The translations under genes were made by a program, and so were the position numbers. This document shows positions 9,798 to 20,549 of a stretch of DNA of 64,000 nucleotides, piece after piece. The notes below the pieces were generated by a model. That model was not told the origin of the DNA. It was given only the letters and a program-made list of their open reading frames with translations, and made no database searches. Position 1 is the stretch's first letter; each line of letters opens with the position of its first letter. Origin of the DNA: an uncultured Gemmatimonadales bacterium (GTDB lineage: Bacteria; Gemmatimonadota; Gemmatimonadetes; Gemmatimonadales; Gemmatimonadaceae); contig CAWKMU010000003.1 in NCBI GenBank assembly GCA_963850905.1, positions 256,001-320,000 on the forward strand, written 5' to 3'.

Positions 9798-11522
9798 TCA
9801 CTGCTTACAGACGCCGTGCGGGTCGGGCTTGGGTTTGTCCACGACCAGCCGGTGGTCGAGATTGGCCTCTTGCATGGCGACGTCGAACACCAGTCGATCC
9901 ACTCGCGCCAGGTGCGCGAAATCGATGTATTGGACCTCATCGGTCACCTGGTGATAGTCCTCGTGAAGACCGGTGGTGAAGAACACGATCGGTATGCCGT
10001 AGCGAGCGTACTCGTAGTGGTCGCTCCGGCAATAGACATTCTCCGGATGGCCGTTTGCGTCCAGCGTGTAGTCGAAGACAAAGGGCTCGGGCTCGGTCTT
10101 GTTGATGCGCTCGACCATGTCCCCGAGCTCGGTCGACAGCCGACGCGACCCGACGAGCATCAGATACCGTGGGCCCCCTCCCTTCCACTCATCGGCCGCA
10201 CCTCGGCCCACCATGTCGAGGTTGAGCTGGCCCACGATGGAGTCGCGTGAGACCGTCGGGTGGTCCGTGTAGTACGTCGATCCGAGCAGACCCTTTTCCT
10301 CAGCGGTGTGCCAAACGAAGAGGATCGACCGCTTCGGCTTGACCGGCGAGTGCGTAAAAGCCTGCGCGATCTCGAGCAGCGACACCGTCCCCGAGCCGTC
10401 GTCGTCGGCCCCGTTGAAGGTCGAGTCGCGGTGCGCAGGCCTGATGCGGTGCAGAGAATCCGTGTTGATATGGATGGTCGCCATCTCCTCCGGCGTCGGT
10501 GCGGGCCCGCTTCCGAGATCCATCATTTTCCAGCGCGCCATGTTCCAGGCTCGAAGCGAATCGGCATCGACGGCGTGTGCAGCCACGCCAAGGTGATCGC
10601 TGTGCGCACCTAACGCCACGTACTCGCCGCGGAGCGACGGATCGGCACCTGGATACACGGCAATGACATTGCGAGCCGGCGCTGTCGGCTGAGCCTCAGT
10701 CACGCGAACGGTCAGGTCGACGGCCACCTGATTCACCACGCCGGGTCGCAGCCCGGCCAGTGGTGCGCCCATGAGTCGCGCCGCTTCGGCCTGGGTCACG
10801 CTGACTCCCACGGGCCGCGGGTCTGGTCCCGTCTCCGCCTGCGGCAGCACCAGCAGCGGACGCCTGGCGGCCTGCAACGCCGGCGCCGTCATCAGATCAA
10901 GCGTGGCGAGAGCGATGGCCGCCGCCCCCGGGTAGTGATCGAGCGCGCCTCGGAATGTCGCGACCGGCCTGCCTCCAGCGCCGAGTGACGCATCGAGCAC
11001 GACGATCCGACCGCTGCTCTGCTCCGGCGTCAGCATCACCGTCGAGTCGCCAAGACGTCCGCCGTACACCGCCGCCGAGACATTCACCGACCCGCTCGGA
11101 CGAACAGGGGATTGGCCGCCCCGCGAGGCGAGCGGCAACCAGTCACGGCCGAAGGCAGCAGCATTCCCACCGACGATCATCGTCGACGTGGTGTCGATCG
11201 AGCGATTGAGCATCACGACGGTCTGGAAATACGTCCCGTTCTCGCCGGCGGGTTTGAGACCGAGTCGTTGAGCGGCACGGGCGATGTAGTCGGTTGCCTT
11301 GACGTTGCCAACGGTCGCCGCCTCGCGACCCAACATCGAATCGTCGGAAAACTGGGAGAGGCGTCGACGAAGGTCGGCGACGCTGATGTCCGGCGTGCTG
11401 GCGGACTGTTGGGTCGGCGTCGACGCGCGTGCTTGGGCGCTTGCCTGAGCACCCGCTTGAGGGACGTAGACGGCGAGAATGACGGCCGCGCCCAGAAGAG
11501 CAGAAGACGATGATCGAGTCAT
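9798..11522 (-). CDS. M28-family Zn peptidase with PA-like insert, exported
   Basis: GAHSDH, NGADDDGSG, AEEKGLLGS, NLDMVGR, RSDH and DYHQVTD motifs; signal peptide from ATG 11522. Confidence 0.92.
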   Translation of the reverse strand: MTRSSSSALLGAAVILAVYVPQAGAQASAQARASTPTQQSASTPDISVADLRRRLSQFSDDSMLGREAATVGNVKATDYIARAAQRLGLKPAGENGTYFQTVVMLNRSIDTTSTMIVGGNAAAFGRDWLPLASRGGQSPVRPSGSVNVSAAVYGGRLGDSTVMLTPEQSSGRIVVLDASLGAGGRPVATFRGALDHYPGAAAIALATLDLMTAPALQAARRPLLVLPQAETGPDPRPVGVSVTQAEAARLMGAPLAGLRPGVVNQVAVDLTVRVTEAQPTAPARNVIAVYPGADPSLRGEYVALGAHSDHLGVAAHAVDADSLRAWNMARWKMMDLGSGPAPTPEEMATIHINTDSLHRIRPAHRDSTFNGADDDGSGTVSLLEIAQAFTHSPVKPKRSILFVWHTAEEKGLLGSTYYTDHPTVSRDSIVGQLNLDMVGRGAADEWKGGGPRYLMLVGSRRLSTELGDMVERINKTEPEPFVFDYTLDANGHPENVYCRSDHYEYARYGIPIVFFTTGLHEDYHQVTDEVQYIDFAHLARVDRLVFDVAMQEANLDHRLVVDKPKPDPHGVCKQ

Positions 11523-11604
11523 ATGGGGGAAGGAGTAAGACCGCCGCCGAACATGCCCCCCGGCCTCCCCAACGGCAAGCACAAAGGCTACGGACGGACG
11601 AAGA

Positions 11605-11741
11605 ACCGCCCAGCTCGAGGATTCGCCGCCGCCCAAAGTCGGTTAACTTCGCCGCTTGAGAGTGAGCGGCCGTTGAGAGTCGCGACTGCGCGGCGGAGAA
11701 TCGCCGACCGTCGCCGGCCGCGGGGACACACCTTGGACACC
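11605..11741. mobile_element. Degenerate att-like site, copy A (core plus arm)
   Basis: 11/15 match to core ACTTCCCAGTTCGAC, then AAAGTCGG...TTCGCCGCTT...AGTGAGC...TCGCCGAC...GGACACACCTTGGACAC, as in the copies at 23343 and 25434. Confidence 0.65.
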
Positions 11742-13208
11742 GTCGAGTTGCGCACCCTGTTGTCATCGGACGCGAATCTCCCCCCCGCCCCGCCAGCGTC
11801 GCGCATCGCCAGCAAGAGCGTGCTGCCATGGCTGATTGCGGTAGCGTTTTTCATGGAATCGCTGGACACGACGATTCTCAATACCGGGGTGCCGACCATC
11901 GCAGCGGCGCTCCATGTCGCTCCGCTCAGCATGAAGTCGGTGCTGGCGAGCTACACCCTGAGCCTCGCAGTCTTCATCCCGATCAGTGGATGGATGGCCG
12001 ATCGGTTCGGAACTCGTCGCGTATTTGCCTCCGCGATCGGCATCTTCACCCTGGGATCATTCCTCTGCGGCATGTCGAGCGACATTCACGCTCTCGTGGC
12101 ATGCCGCATTCTGCAGGGCTGTGGCGGAGCCATGATGGTGCCCGTCGGCCGGCTCACGATCGTGCGGACGTTCGCCAAATCCGAACTGGTTCGCGCCATG
12201 AGCTTCGTCGCCATCCCCGGTTTGGTCGGTCCGATGTTGGGTCCGATCGTCGGCGGTGTGATCGTCGCATACCTGCACTGGCGGCTGCTGTTCTTCGTGA
12301 ACGTTCCGATTGGCCTCTTCGGTCTGTACATGGTCTATCGGCACCTGCCCGACTATCGCGAAGAGCACACCCATCCCCTCGATGTGACCGGGTTGCTGCT
12401 CTTTGGATCCGGTGTCGCACTGCTTTCCTACGTGCTGGAGGTGTTCGGCGAACATACGCTGAGCGCGCCCGAAATTGTGGCAGCCCTGGCCGTGTCCATC
12501 CTCCTTCTGGCCGGCTACGGATTTCACACGATGCGGACGGCATTTCCACTGCTTGATCTCACCCTCTTTCGGATTCGCACCTTTCGCGTGGCCGTGAGTG
12601 GCAGCTTCCTGACCCGCCTCGGCATCGGCGGCATTCCATTTCTCTTTCCCCTGCTGTATCAGGTGGGCCTTGGGTTCACCCCGGTGCAGTCTGGCCTCCT
12701 CATCATGCCGCAGGCCTTCGCGGCCATGAGTCTCAAAACGACAATGCCGCGCATTTTGGCGCGCTTTGGTTACCGTGCCGTCCTGGTCTCGAACACGCTC
12801 CTCATCGGCCTGCAGATCATGCTGTTCGCGACCATTGGGATTGACACGCCAGTATGGTTGATCCTGGCGGAAGTGTTCAGCTATGGATTCTTCACATCGC
12901 TCCAGTATACGAGCATGAACACGCTCGTCTTCGCGGACGTGGACGAAGAACAGGCGAGCCATGCGAGCTCGATCGCCAGTACGATGCAGCAAATGGCCAT
13001 CAGTTTCGGCGTGGCCTCGGCTTCGTTGGTGACAGCGTTCTTCATTCCGGATCGCCACACGTCGAACCCCGCTCAATTCATTCACGGCGTCCAGCGAGCA
13101 TTTCTTGTGCTTGGCGGAATGACCCTGGTCTCCACGATCGTTTTCCGCGAACTGAGGCGAGGCGATGGCGACACGGTCAGCGGGGGCACGGCACTGCACG
13201 CCGGGTAA
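11733..13208 (+). CDS. DHA2-family MFS efflux permease (EmrB/QacA, MdtD-like)
   Basis: FMESLDTTILN, GWMADRFGTRR, RILQGCGGAMMVPVGR and FFVNVPIG motifs; about 14 TM; start uncertain. Confidence 0.9.
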   Translation: MDTVELRTLLSSDANLPPAPPASRIASKSVLPWLIAVAFFMESLDTTILNTGVPTIAAALHVAPLSMKSVLASYTLSLAVFIPISGWMADRFGTRRVFASAIGIFTLGSFLCGMSSDIHALVACRILQGCGGAMMVPVGRLTIVRTFAKSELVRAMSFVAIPGLVGPMLGPIVGGVIVAYLHWRLLFFVNVPIGLFGLYMVYRHLPDYREEHTHPLDVTGLLLFGSGVALLSYVLEVFGEHTLSAPEIVAALAVSILLLAGYGFHTMRTAFPLLDLTLFRIRTFRVAVSGSFLTRLGIGGIPFLFPLLYQVGLGFTPVQSGLLIMPQAFAAMSLKTTMPRILARFGYRAVLVSNTLLIGLQIMLFATIGIDTPVWLILAEVFSYGFFTSLQYTSMNTLVFADVDEEQASHASSIASTMQQMAISFGVASASLVTAFFIPDRHTSNPAQFIHGVQRAFLVLGGMTLVSTIVFRELRRGDGDTVSGGTALHAG

Positions 13209-13267
13209 TGGGTGCGAGCAAAGCAGTCGAGATTCGCAGGCGCGACCATGTAACCACCGAGGTGGAA

Positions 13268-15194
13268 ATGAACGGAACCGTGAAGACGTGGCTCCGCGGA
13301 TTGGGGCTCACCACCGTGGCCATCGTTGTCCTTGGCGCCATCGTGGTGGCCGTCTTGACTGCTCGTGTGCAGCTGCCCGGCGAAGAGCGGGTGCCCGCCG
13401 GCCTCCGTCGCAATCAGGCCGTCTACGTGCAGATGCGCGACGGCGTCCAGATCGCGGTGGACATCTCGGCTGCCGCCGGATCTTCGTGCGAGTGAGCGCG
13501 TGCCGGTGCTGATGCGGACCACGCGCTACTGGCGTGCCAACCAGATCGGCTGGGGCCTTCGCGCGCTGATTGCGCTGCATCGATCTTCTGCAGAAGTGCT
13601 CGATCGGCAAACGGACTACTTCAATATCCGGCGATTCGCGGTGCTCGTGGTGGATGCGCGCGGCAGCGGAGCGAGCGAAGGACTGCGCGTGTCGGAATAT
13701 TCTCCCGATGAAATTGCCGACCTGGGCGAAGTAGCCGGCTGGGCCGCGCGACAGCCCTGGTCGAACGGGCGAGTGGGAGCCTTCGGTGTGTCGTATGACG
13801 GGAACACGGCCGAGCTATCAGCCGTACCGAACAATCCCGTCATCCGTGCGGTGGCGCCGCTCTACGATGACTTCGACACGATGCTGGGTCTCGAACGGCC
13901 CGGTGGCGTCTACGACGTAGGCATGATCCAGAATTGGAGTGACATTGTGGGCGCGATGGACCGCGACAATGTGTGCGGCATCGACAAGCTCACCGGTTGG
14001 GCGTGCTGGTACACACGCCAGCTGGTGCCCGGAGTCAAACCGGTGGACTCTGACAGAGACGGCAAGCACCTCAGAGAAATCGTCTCGCAGCGTCACAATC
14101 CTGCCCTGACGACCAGTCTGGCCGCGACGGAATTCAGCGACGACGCGTTCGAGACCTCGAAAGGGCCCCTGACCCTGGCCCAAATTACGCCGTACGGTTT
14201 GCGGCGGCAGATCGAATCGTCCGGAGTATCGATGCTGGTCTGGTGCGGCTGGCTCGACGCGGGCACGTGTGACGGTTCGCTGAGCCGCTATCGCAATTTC
14301 AAGAACCCGCAGCAAGTGGTAATCGGCGCGTTTTCGCACGGCGGCGGCTACGATGTGGACCCGTTTCTGCCGCTCGACAAGCACCGCCCGCCCAACCCGC
14401 CGCTGGCGGAGCAAATGCGAATGCACGCAGAATTCTTCGACCGGTTGTTGCGCAGCGATCCCCCCGAACCGATCACGCCCGGCGTGCATTACTACACGCT
14501 CGGCGAAGGCCAGTGGCACGACACGGCGGTGTGGCCACCCGTGGGGTTGGAGAATCGCCGGTATTTCTTCGCGGCCGATCATGCGCTTGTTGAGCAGATG
14601 CCGTCACAGGCGCGCGCGACCGATTCGTATACGGTTGATTTTTCAACGACCACAGGTGCGCATAACCGCTGGCAAACGCAGTTGGGCGGGGGCGATGTGA
14701 TCTACCCAGACCGTGCCGAAGAAGACACCAAACTGCTGACGTACACGAGCGCGCCGCTCGAGACGGACGTGGAAATCACCGGTTCGCCGGTCGTGACAAT
14801 CGAGATGGCTTCGACCACAAGCGACGGCGCCGTGTTCGCGTATCTCGAAGACGTCGCCGCAGACGGCCGTGTCACGTACGTTGACGAAGGGATTTTCCGC
14901 GCAATCAACCGCAAGATCGCACCGAAGCCCCTGCCTTACGTGCCGCTCGGCCCCGCGCACAGCTATCTGCGCTCCGACGCGGAACCCATGGTTGCAGGCC
15001 AATCTGCGGAAATTGCGTTCTCGATGTTCCCAACTTCAGTGTTGCTCCACAAGGGACACCGCATCCGCCTGGCGCTCGCCGGCGCCGACGTATCGATGTT
15101 CGAACGGATTCCGGCCAACGCAACGCCAACCTGGACCGTGTATCGCGAAAAAAGCCGGGCGTCTTCTCTTGCAGTCCCTGCGAGAACACGGTGA
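13268..15194 (+). CDS. CocE/NonD-family hydrolase (frameshift near 13466)
   Basis: N-terminal anchor and MRDGVQIAVDI in one frame; DARGSGASEG, QPWSNGRVG and GVSYDG in the next. Confidence 0.88.
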
Positions 15195-15241
15195 GCGCTG
15201 ATTCCGTGCGAGGTGCATCCTCTGGACACAGCCAAACGGCG

Positions 15242-17920
15242 TTAAGACGTCGGCGCGGCCGCGCTGACCCTTTTCGAGATCAGTCGCTCGAAGCGCGGGT
15301 TGCCGTTGAGCGACGCGAAGTTGGGATCGATCCGGATCCAGTCCGGAGTGAGGAGGTACGGCTCCTTGAGCAGCACCTCCAACTGGTCGAGTGCTTTCTC
15401 CGGCTCGCCCACCAGCAGGTAGATCCGCACCAATACGTGCTCGTAGTAGCGACGCACGATCGCTCCACCGGGCACCGGCGCCATCGCCACTGCCCGTTGC
15501 CCCTCGGCCACCGCTTCGCCGCGGCGGCCCGCGTAGGCGAACGCGAGGCCGTATTGCGCGTGCACATTTGCGTCGTCGGGACTGGCGCGCAGCGGGGCCG
15601 CGAACGCCAGTCGCGCTGAGTCGCCGTAGGCGTGTGCCCGGAGCCGGTCCCCCCGAAGCGCGAACAGTTGGGCCATGACCAGCGGGAAGTCGTACGGACT
15701 ATTGCCGAAGGCACTTGGGGGCAACGTCTGGACGAGTCTCGTTTGGGCGCTGTCAAGGACCCAGACCAGATCGTCGTACACTGCCAGGTATGCCGCCAGT
15801 GTGGCGGGGTCGATAGTCGGCGACGCCGCCCGAATGATCGCTCGGGCGCCGGGAAGATCCCCGACGGCCAGCTCGACCTCGGCACGAAATTCGACCGCTT
15901 CGAGATCCGTCGGTTGCAGAGCGATCGCATGGTCTAGCGCAGTGCGAGCCTCAGCGAATCGCCGGAGATATAGGTAGGTATTTCCCAGATCGACCGCGAT
16001 TCCAACATCGCGCGGGTCGAGCCGGGCCGACCGCTCGTTGAGCGCGAGGCCCTCGGCCCAACGGCCGGACAGTTTCTCGTAGCTCGCAGCATAGTCGAGG
16101 AGAAGCGCGTTATTGGGTGAGGCTCGGAGCCCAGCATGGACCTCTCCCAGAGCCTGGGGCCAATCACTGCGGACAAGCGCGTAATAGCTCGCCCGCGCAG
16201 CGTGCGCCTCCGGGAGATCTGGCGCCAAGGCGAGCGCCCGCGCCGAAGCCACCCGCGCCGACTCGGCATCGGCCGGGCTGTGTGTACCCGGATCGAAGTC
16301 GTACACGGCCGTGTAGGCCCTGGCGAGCGCAGCCCATGCCTCGGCGAATCCCGAGTCGCGGTGCACCGCCTCTTGGTACCAGTCCAGGGCGCGACGGCTC
16401 GTGCCCGGCGCAAATCCCTTGGCAGTCTCCTGCCCGCGCAAGTATGCGTCGTACGCCTTCAGGTTCGTCGTCGGTTGCTGAACCAGTGCCTGTCGGGCGG
16501 GCGCATTCAACGTGACTTGGAGCTGCTGCGCCACCTTACTCGCGATGTCGGCCTGCACCTGGAACACGTCCGTGAGCGATGCGTCGAACGGCTGCTCCCA
16601 TTTGTCGGCCGCCGTCGAAGCCTCGACCAAGGCCGGGCTGACCTCCACACGCCCCGGTGTCCCAGGTGCTTTGGCCCAACGGACCTTCCCCATCAGGATA
16701 TAACGCACGCTCAATTCTTGGCCGATCTGCTGCGGCGTCTTCGTAGTTTTGCGGTACTGAGCGGAGCTGCCCGGTGCGATCACTTCGAGGCCGGGAACGG
16801 ATGTGAGCTTGCCGCGAATGGCATCGGTCACACCGTCCGCGAAGTAGGCGTCCGTCGTATCGCCCAGATTGTCGAACGGCAGGACGGCCAGTCGCACTGA
16901 CCCGGTGGCCGTGGCCGCGACGCGGTCGGCGAGGGCACGCTGATGCCAGCGCCAGGCGAAGAGGGCGCCAACACCGACGAGGACGCCGAGCGCGAGCACG
17001 GCGACACCCGCTGGGATGCGGTGACGTGAGGCTGGAGCGCTCGGTAAGACAGTCGCCCTCGCTCCAGCAAGCGATGTGCTCGCCCCGCGTTCCGCCGTAT
17101 CGAGCGCGTTGGCGAATGCGGCCGCTGTGGGGAACCGATCGGCCGGCACTGGGGATAGGGCCTTGCGCACGGCGTTGTCCACCGCGTCTGGTACGGACGG
17201 TCGCGTTCGGCGTAGCGAGGGTGGATCGCCGGTCAGCATCTTCGCGGCAACGGCCTGCGCCGTCGGCCCCGTGTACGGAGGTTCCCCGGCCAGCGTCTCG
17301 TACAACACGACACCGAGCGAGTAGACGTCAGTGGCCGCATCGATCTCGCGCTCGCCCGCCGCTTGCTCGGGACTCATGTAGACTGGCGTGCCCAGCGTCA
17401 TCCCGGTGGCCGTCAGCGTGTCGCCGGGTCCGCCAGACATGGTCGGTCGTGCGATGCCGAAGTCGGCCACCATCGCTTGCCCATCGACCAACAGGATGTT
17501 CTCTGGCTTGATGTCGCGATGGATCACCCCGTGGCGGTGCGCGTAGTCGAGCGCCAGAGCAACCTCGCGTGTAATGCGCAGCGCTTCATCGATCGCGAGT
17601 TGGCGCTGCCGGCGCAGCCGGTCTCGGAGCGATTCACCTTCGATGAGCGGCATTGTGAACCACAACGCACCCGACGCCGTCTCACCCGAGTCGTAGACGG
17701 AGACGATGTGCGGGTGTTGCAAGCTGGCAGCGAGCGTGATCTCGCGTCGGAAGCGTTCGGCACCTACGCTGCTCGCGAGCTCGCTCCGCAAGACCTTCAG
17801 CGCGACCCGTCGTCCGTGCTTGGTGTCGCGCGCCACGTAGACCGTCGCCATGCCGCCGCGGCCCAACTCCCCCTCGACCGTATACCCGTCTGGCCCAAAC
17901 CCCTCAGGCACGACCGCCAC
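15242..17920 (-). CDS. Hanks-type Ser/Thr protein kinase with TM segment, TolB-like domain and TPR repeats
   Basis: GRGGMATVY, VALK, HRDIKPEN, DFG and YMSPE motifs; LAVLPFDNLG...YFADG; TPR-like helices. Confidence 0.93.
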   Translation of the reverse strand: MAVVPEGFGPDGYTVEGELGRGGMATVYVARDTKHGRRVALKVLRSELASSVGAERFRREITLAASLQHPHIVSVYDSGETASGALWFTMPLIEGESLRDRLRRQRQLAIDEALRITREVALALDYAHRHGVIHRDIKPENILLVDGQAMVADFGIARPTMSGGPGDTLTATGMTLGTPVYMSPEQAAGEREIDAATDVYSLGVVLYETLAGEPPYTGPTAQAVAAKMLTGDPPSLRRTRPSVPDAVDNAVRKALSPVPADRFPTAAAFANALDTAERGASTSLAGARATVLPSAPASRHRIPAGVAVLALGVLVGVGALFAWRWHQRALADRVAATATGSVRLAVLPFDNLGDTTDAYFADGVTDAIRGKLTSVPGLEVIAPGSSAQYRKTTKTPQQIGQELSVRYILMGKVRWAKAPGTPGRVEVSPALVEASTAADKWEQPFDASLTDVFQVQADIASKVAQQLQVTLNAPARQALVQQPTTNLKAYDAYLRGQETAKGFAPGTSRRALDWYQEAVHRDSGFAEAWAALARAYTAVYDFDPGTHSPADAESARVASARALALAPDLPEAHAARASYYALVRSDWPQALGEVHAGLRASPNNALLLDYAASYEKLSGRWAEGLALNERSARLDPRDVGIAVDLGNTYLYLRRFAEARTALDHAIALQPTDLEAVEFRAEVELAVGDLPGARAIIRAASPTIDPATLAAYLAVYDDLVWVLDSAQTRLVQTLPPSAFGNSPYDFPLVMAQLFALRGDRLRAHAYGDSARLAFAAPLRASPDDANVHAQYGLAFAYAGRRGEAVAEGQRAVAMAPVPGGAIVRRYYEHVLVRIYLLVGEPEKALDQLEVLLKEPYLLTPDWIRIDPNFASLNGNPRFERLISKRVSAAAPTS

Positions 17921-18160
17921 GCGAGCCCGCCACGTTGGAGAATGGCTCGAAGCTATTAGGCCGGGGCGTCCCGCAGTAGCACCATTTCAGCCCTTCCTCG
18001 TCCCTCATAGCCGCGGCCTATCGGCCCACCACAAAGAACGTATTGGAATTCCGATGGCGCCCCCCTGAGTATTCACCCATGGCCGTTCCGTGGTTGCGAC
18101 GAGGCACGATCCGCCCTGACACTCGTCCGCAACGCCGTGCCATCCCTTCGGAGCTGCACC

Positions 18161-18610
18161 ATGGCCGACCCAATGCTGTCGCGTCGAATCTTCCTCGTGA
18201 ATGGCCTTGTAGCGGGCGTTGGCGCGCTCCTGGGCGCGGCCCCCGTTCGCGGCCATCGTGGCTGCGCGCTGCATCACACGCAGGACGTTGATCACGGGCC
18301 GCATCCCACACCTCGGCCTGGGATTGACGCCTCGCACGTGCTCAAGCCCGAGCAGTTGAAAGACGCCCCTAACGCGGTCACAGCCTTCAACGAGGTACGC
18401 CAGATCCCCCAAGTAGTCGACGGGATTCGGTGTCATTGTGGCTGCGCCCGGGAGAAGGGCTTCTATTCGCTCTTGAGTTGCTACGAGAGCGACGGCATGG
18501 CACGAGACTGCCACATCTGCCAGGGCCAAGGTCGTATGGCGTTTCGACTGCACAGTGCCGGCAAGTCATTGACGGAAATCAGGGACGCGATCGACGCCAA
18601 GTACGACTGA
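18161..18610 (+). CDS. PCYCGC-motif-like Cys/His-rich protein with twin-arginine signal
   Basis: SRRIFL Tat motif; RCHCGC...SLLSCY...CHIC; C-terminal IRDAIDAKY. Confidence 0.75.
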   Translation: MADPMLSRRIFLVNGLVAGVGALLGAAPVRGHRGCALHHTQDVDHGPHPTPRPGIDASHVLKPEQLKDAPNAVTAFNEVRQIPQVVDGIRCHCGCAREKGFYSLLSCYESDGMARDCHICQGQGRMAFRLHSAGKSLTEIRDAIDAKYD

Positions 18611-18653
18611 GATCTACGTCACGTAAGTCATCGATCTTCATTCGAGGCCCAAC

Positions 18654-19598
18654 ATGCAAGTCACCATCCCCGGCGTGGTGGTGGTCATCGCGATGGTCGG
18701 AATCGTGCCACGCGCCCACGCACAGACCTCACAAGGGCTCAACGCAAGCGAGCCGGCAAGCATCTCGCAGATCGTCGATGGTACGAAGATCACGATCGAG
18801 TACTCACGGCCCCGCGCGCGCGGGCGAACGGGTTTGTTCGGCACCGAGGTGAAGTTCGGCCAGACCTGGACGCCGGGTGCGAATCAGTCGACGACGCTTG
18901 CCGTTACCAAGGATGTGTCAATCGACGGACATCCGGTTGCCAAAGGAAAGTATTCCGTCTGGATGGTTGTCGCGCCTGGAGACTGGGAGTTGGTGCTCGA
19001 CCACGACACAACGCTATTCCACATGGCGCACCCAAAGTCTCGGCCCGGTCAGATTCGCTTCGTGGTACCGAAAGAGCACCATGACTTCGTGGAAGTACTC
19101 ACCTGGTCGTTCCCAAAGGTCACAACGACCGGGATGACGCTCACGATGCAGTGGGACACGGTGTCCGTTCCCCTCGACATTAGGGTCATGCCCACCTTCA
19201 CCACTGCTGTCCCGCCGGACGCTGCTGAGTGTGTGGCGGGCGCCTACCACTGGCACTGGTCGCCCCGCATGGCGGACCCGTATGTCCCGAAGGACACCAC
19301 GCTTCCGCGCTACCCGGGGATGAAGAGCGCCGAGGCGACGTTCACTGTCCGCTACGTCGGAGGCGAGCTACGCGCGACCGTCGATCCGCCGATGTTCAGC
19401 GATCCCGCCTTGCGCGAATTCGTGCTGATCCAGAAGAAAGGCGATTTGTACGACTTTGGGCGCGTCGATCGCGGGGAGTTGGTCGAAGTCTGGGACTACG
19501 TCGCCCTGCAGTTCGCGGTCGCGAACGGGCACGCAGACAGCCTCGAGGCTCGCGGCACGGACGACGAACTATGGGCGACTGGGAAGAGGAAGCCCTGA
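18654..19598 (+). CDS. DUF2911-domain exported protein with C-terminal extension
   Basis: ASISQ...ITIEYSRP..RGR...LFG...WTPGAN signature; signal peptide. Confidence 0.8.
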   Translation: MQVTIPGVVVVIAMVGIVPRAHAQTSQGLNASEPASISQIVDGTKITIEYSRPRARGRTGLFGTEVKFGQTWTPGANQSTTLAVTKDVSIDGHPVAKGKYSVWMVVAPGDWELVLDHDTTLFHMAHPKSRPGQIRFVVPKEHHDFVEVLTWSFPKVTTTGMTLTMQWDTVSVPLDIRVMPTFTTAVPPDAAECVAGAYHWHWSPRMADPYVPKDTTLPRYPGMKSAEATFTVRYVGGELRATVDPPMFSDPALREFVLIQKKGDLYDFGRVDRGELVEVWDYVALQFAVANGHADSLEARGTDDELWATGKRKP

Positions 19599-19651
19599 CC
19601 ACCGCGACTGGCCCTGACGTCGCGGCAATGACTCGACCAGGAGGATGTGCG

Positions 19652-20456
19652 ATGACTGAGGATCCATTCCTGGAGTTCAAGCGAAAGCAGCGTGAGGCGT
19701 GGGCGACGTTCGCGCCGGCAGCGACGTTCACAACACGCGTGGCGGCCCACCTCGTCGGTTTTGCCGGAGTCAAGATCGGCGAGTCGGTGCTCGATGTGGC
19801 CACCGGCACCGGCGTCGTCGCGGTGACAGCGGCGCGAGCGGGGGCTCGCGTCAGCGCACTCGACCTGACGCCCGAGCTCCTCGCCGAAGCTCGTGAAAAC
19901 GGCAGGATCGCCGAACACCCGGAGATCGCGTGGCAAGAAGCCGATGCGGAGAAACTGCCCTACCCCGATGCATCCTTCGACGTCGTGGTCAGTCAGTTTG
20001 GCCACATGTTCGCGCCGCGTCCGGAGGTCGTCGTTGCCGAGATGCGTCGCGTGCTGAAGCCCACCGGACGAGTCGCCTTTGCGACTTGGCCACCTGAGCA
20101 TTCTTGTCGGTCGGATGTTCATGCTCGTGGGCCGCAACTCACCCCCTCCGCCTCCGGGGGTTATCCCGCCCCCACTCTGGGGAAGCCCCACGATCATCGC
20201 TGAGCGCCTCGCCGTTGGGTTCCGCGAGCCATTCTTCGAGCGCGGCGCGATGATGGCCCCAGCGTTGAGCATCCCTCACTACAGGCGCTTCATGGAGGCA
20301 ACCATCGGCCCCGTGCAAAAGCTGGTCGACAATCTTTCGACCGCGCCTGACCGGCTCGCAGCTTTCCGCGGCGAGTTTGACGCCCTCGTCACGCCCTACT
20401 ACGGGGAGAACCAGGTCCAGCAGAGCTACCTGCTAACGCGTGCCCACGCGCGCTGA
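19652..20456 (+). CDS. Class I SAM-dependent methyltransferase (frameshift near 20103)
   Basis: VLDVATGTG, DAEKLPYPDASFDVV and EMRRVLKPTG motifs; AGGAGG RBS; C-terminus in the 20079..20456 frame. Confidence 0.88.
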
Positions 20457-20549
20457 GGTCGGAGCGGACAGCGGCGACGGGGTCGAAACGCACGGAGCGC
20501 TTGGAGTTGGCATGGCGCGCCGTTCTCTCGTGTGGATGGCGGACACCGG

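Noticed and set aside
11523..11732. N-terminal extensions of the MFS and M28 ORFs
   Set aside because: They run through att copy A and intergenic DNA; downstream starts fit the families better
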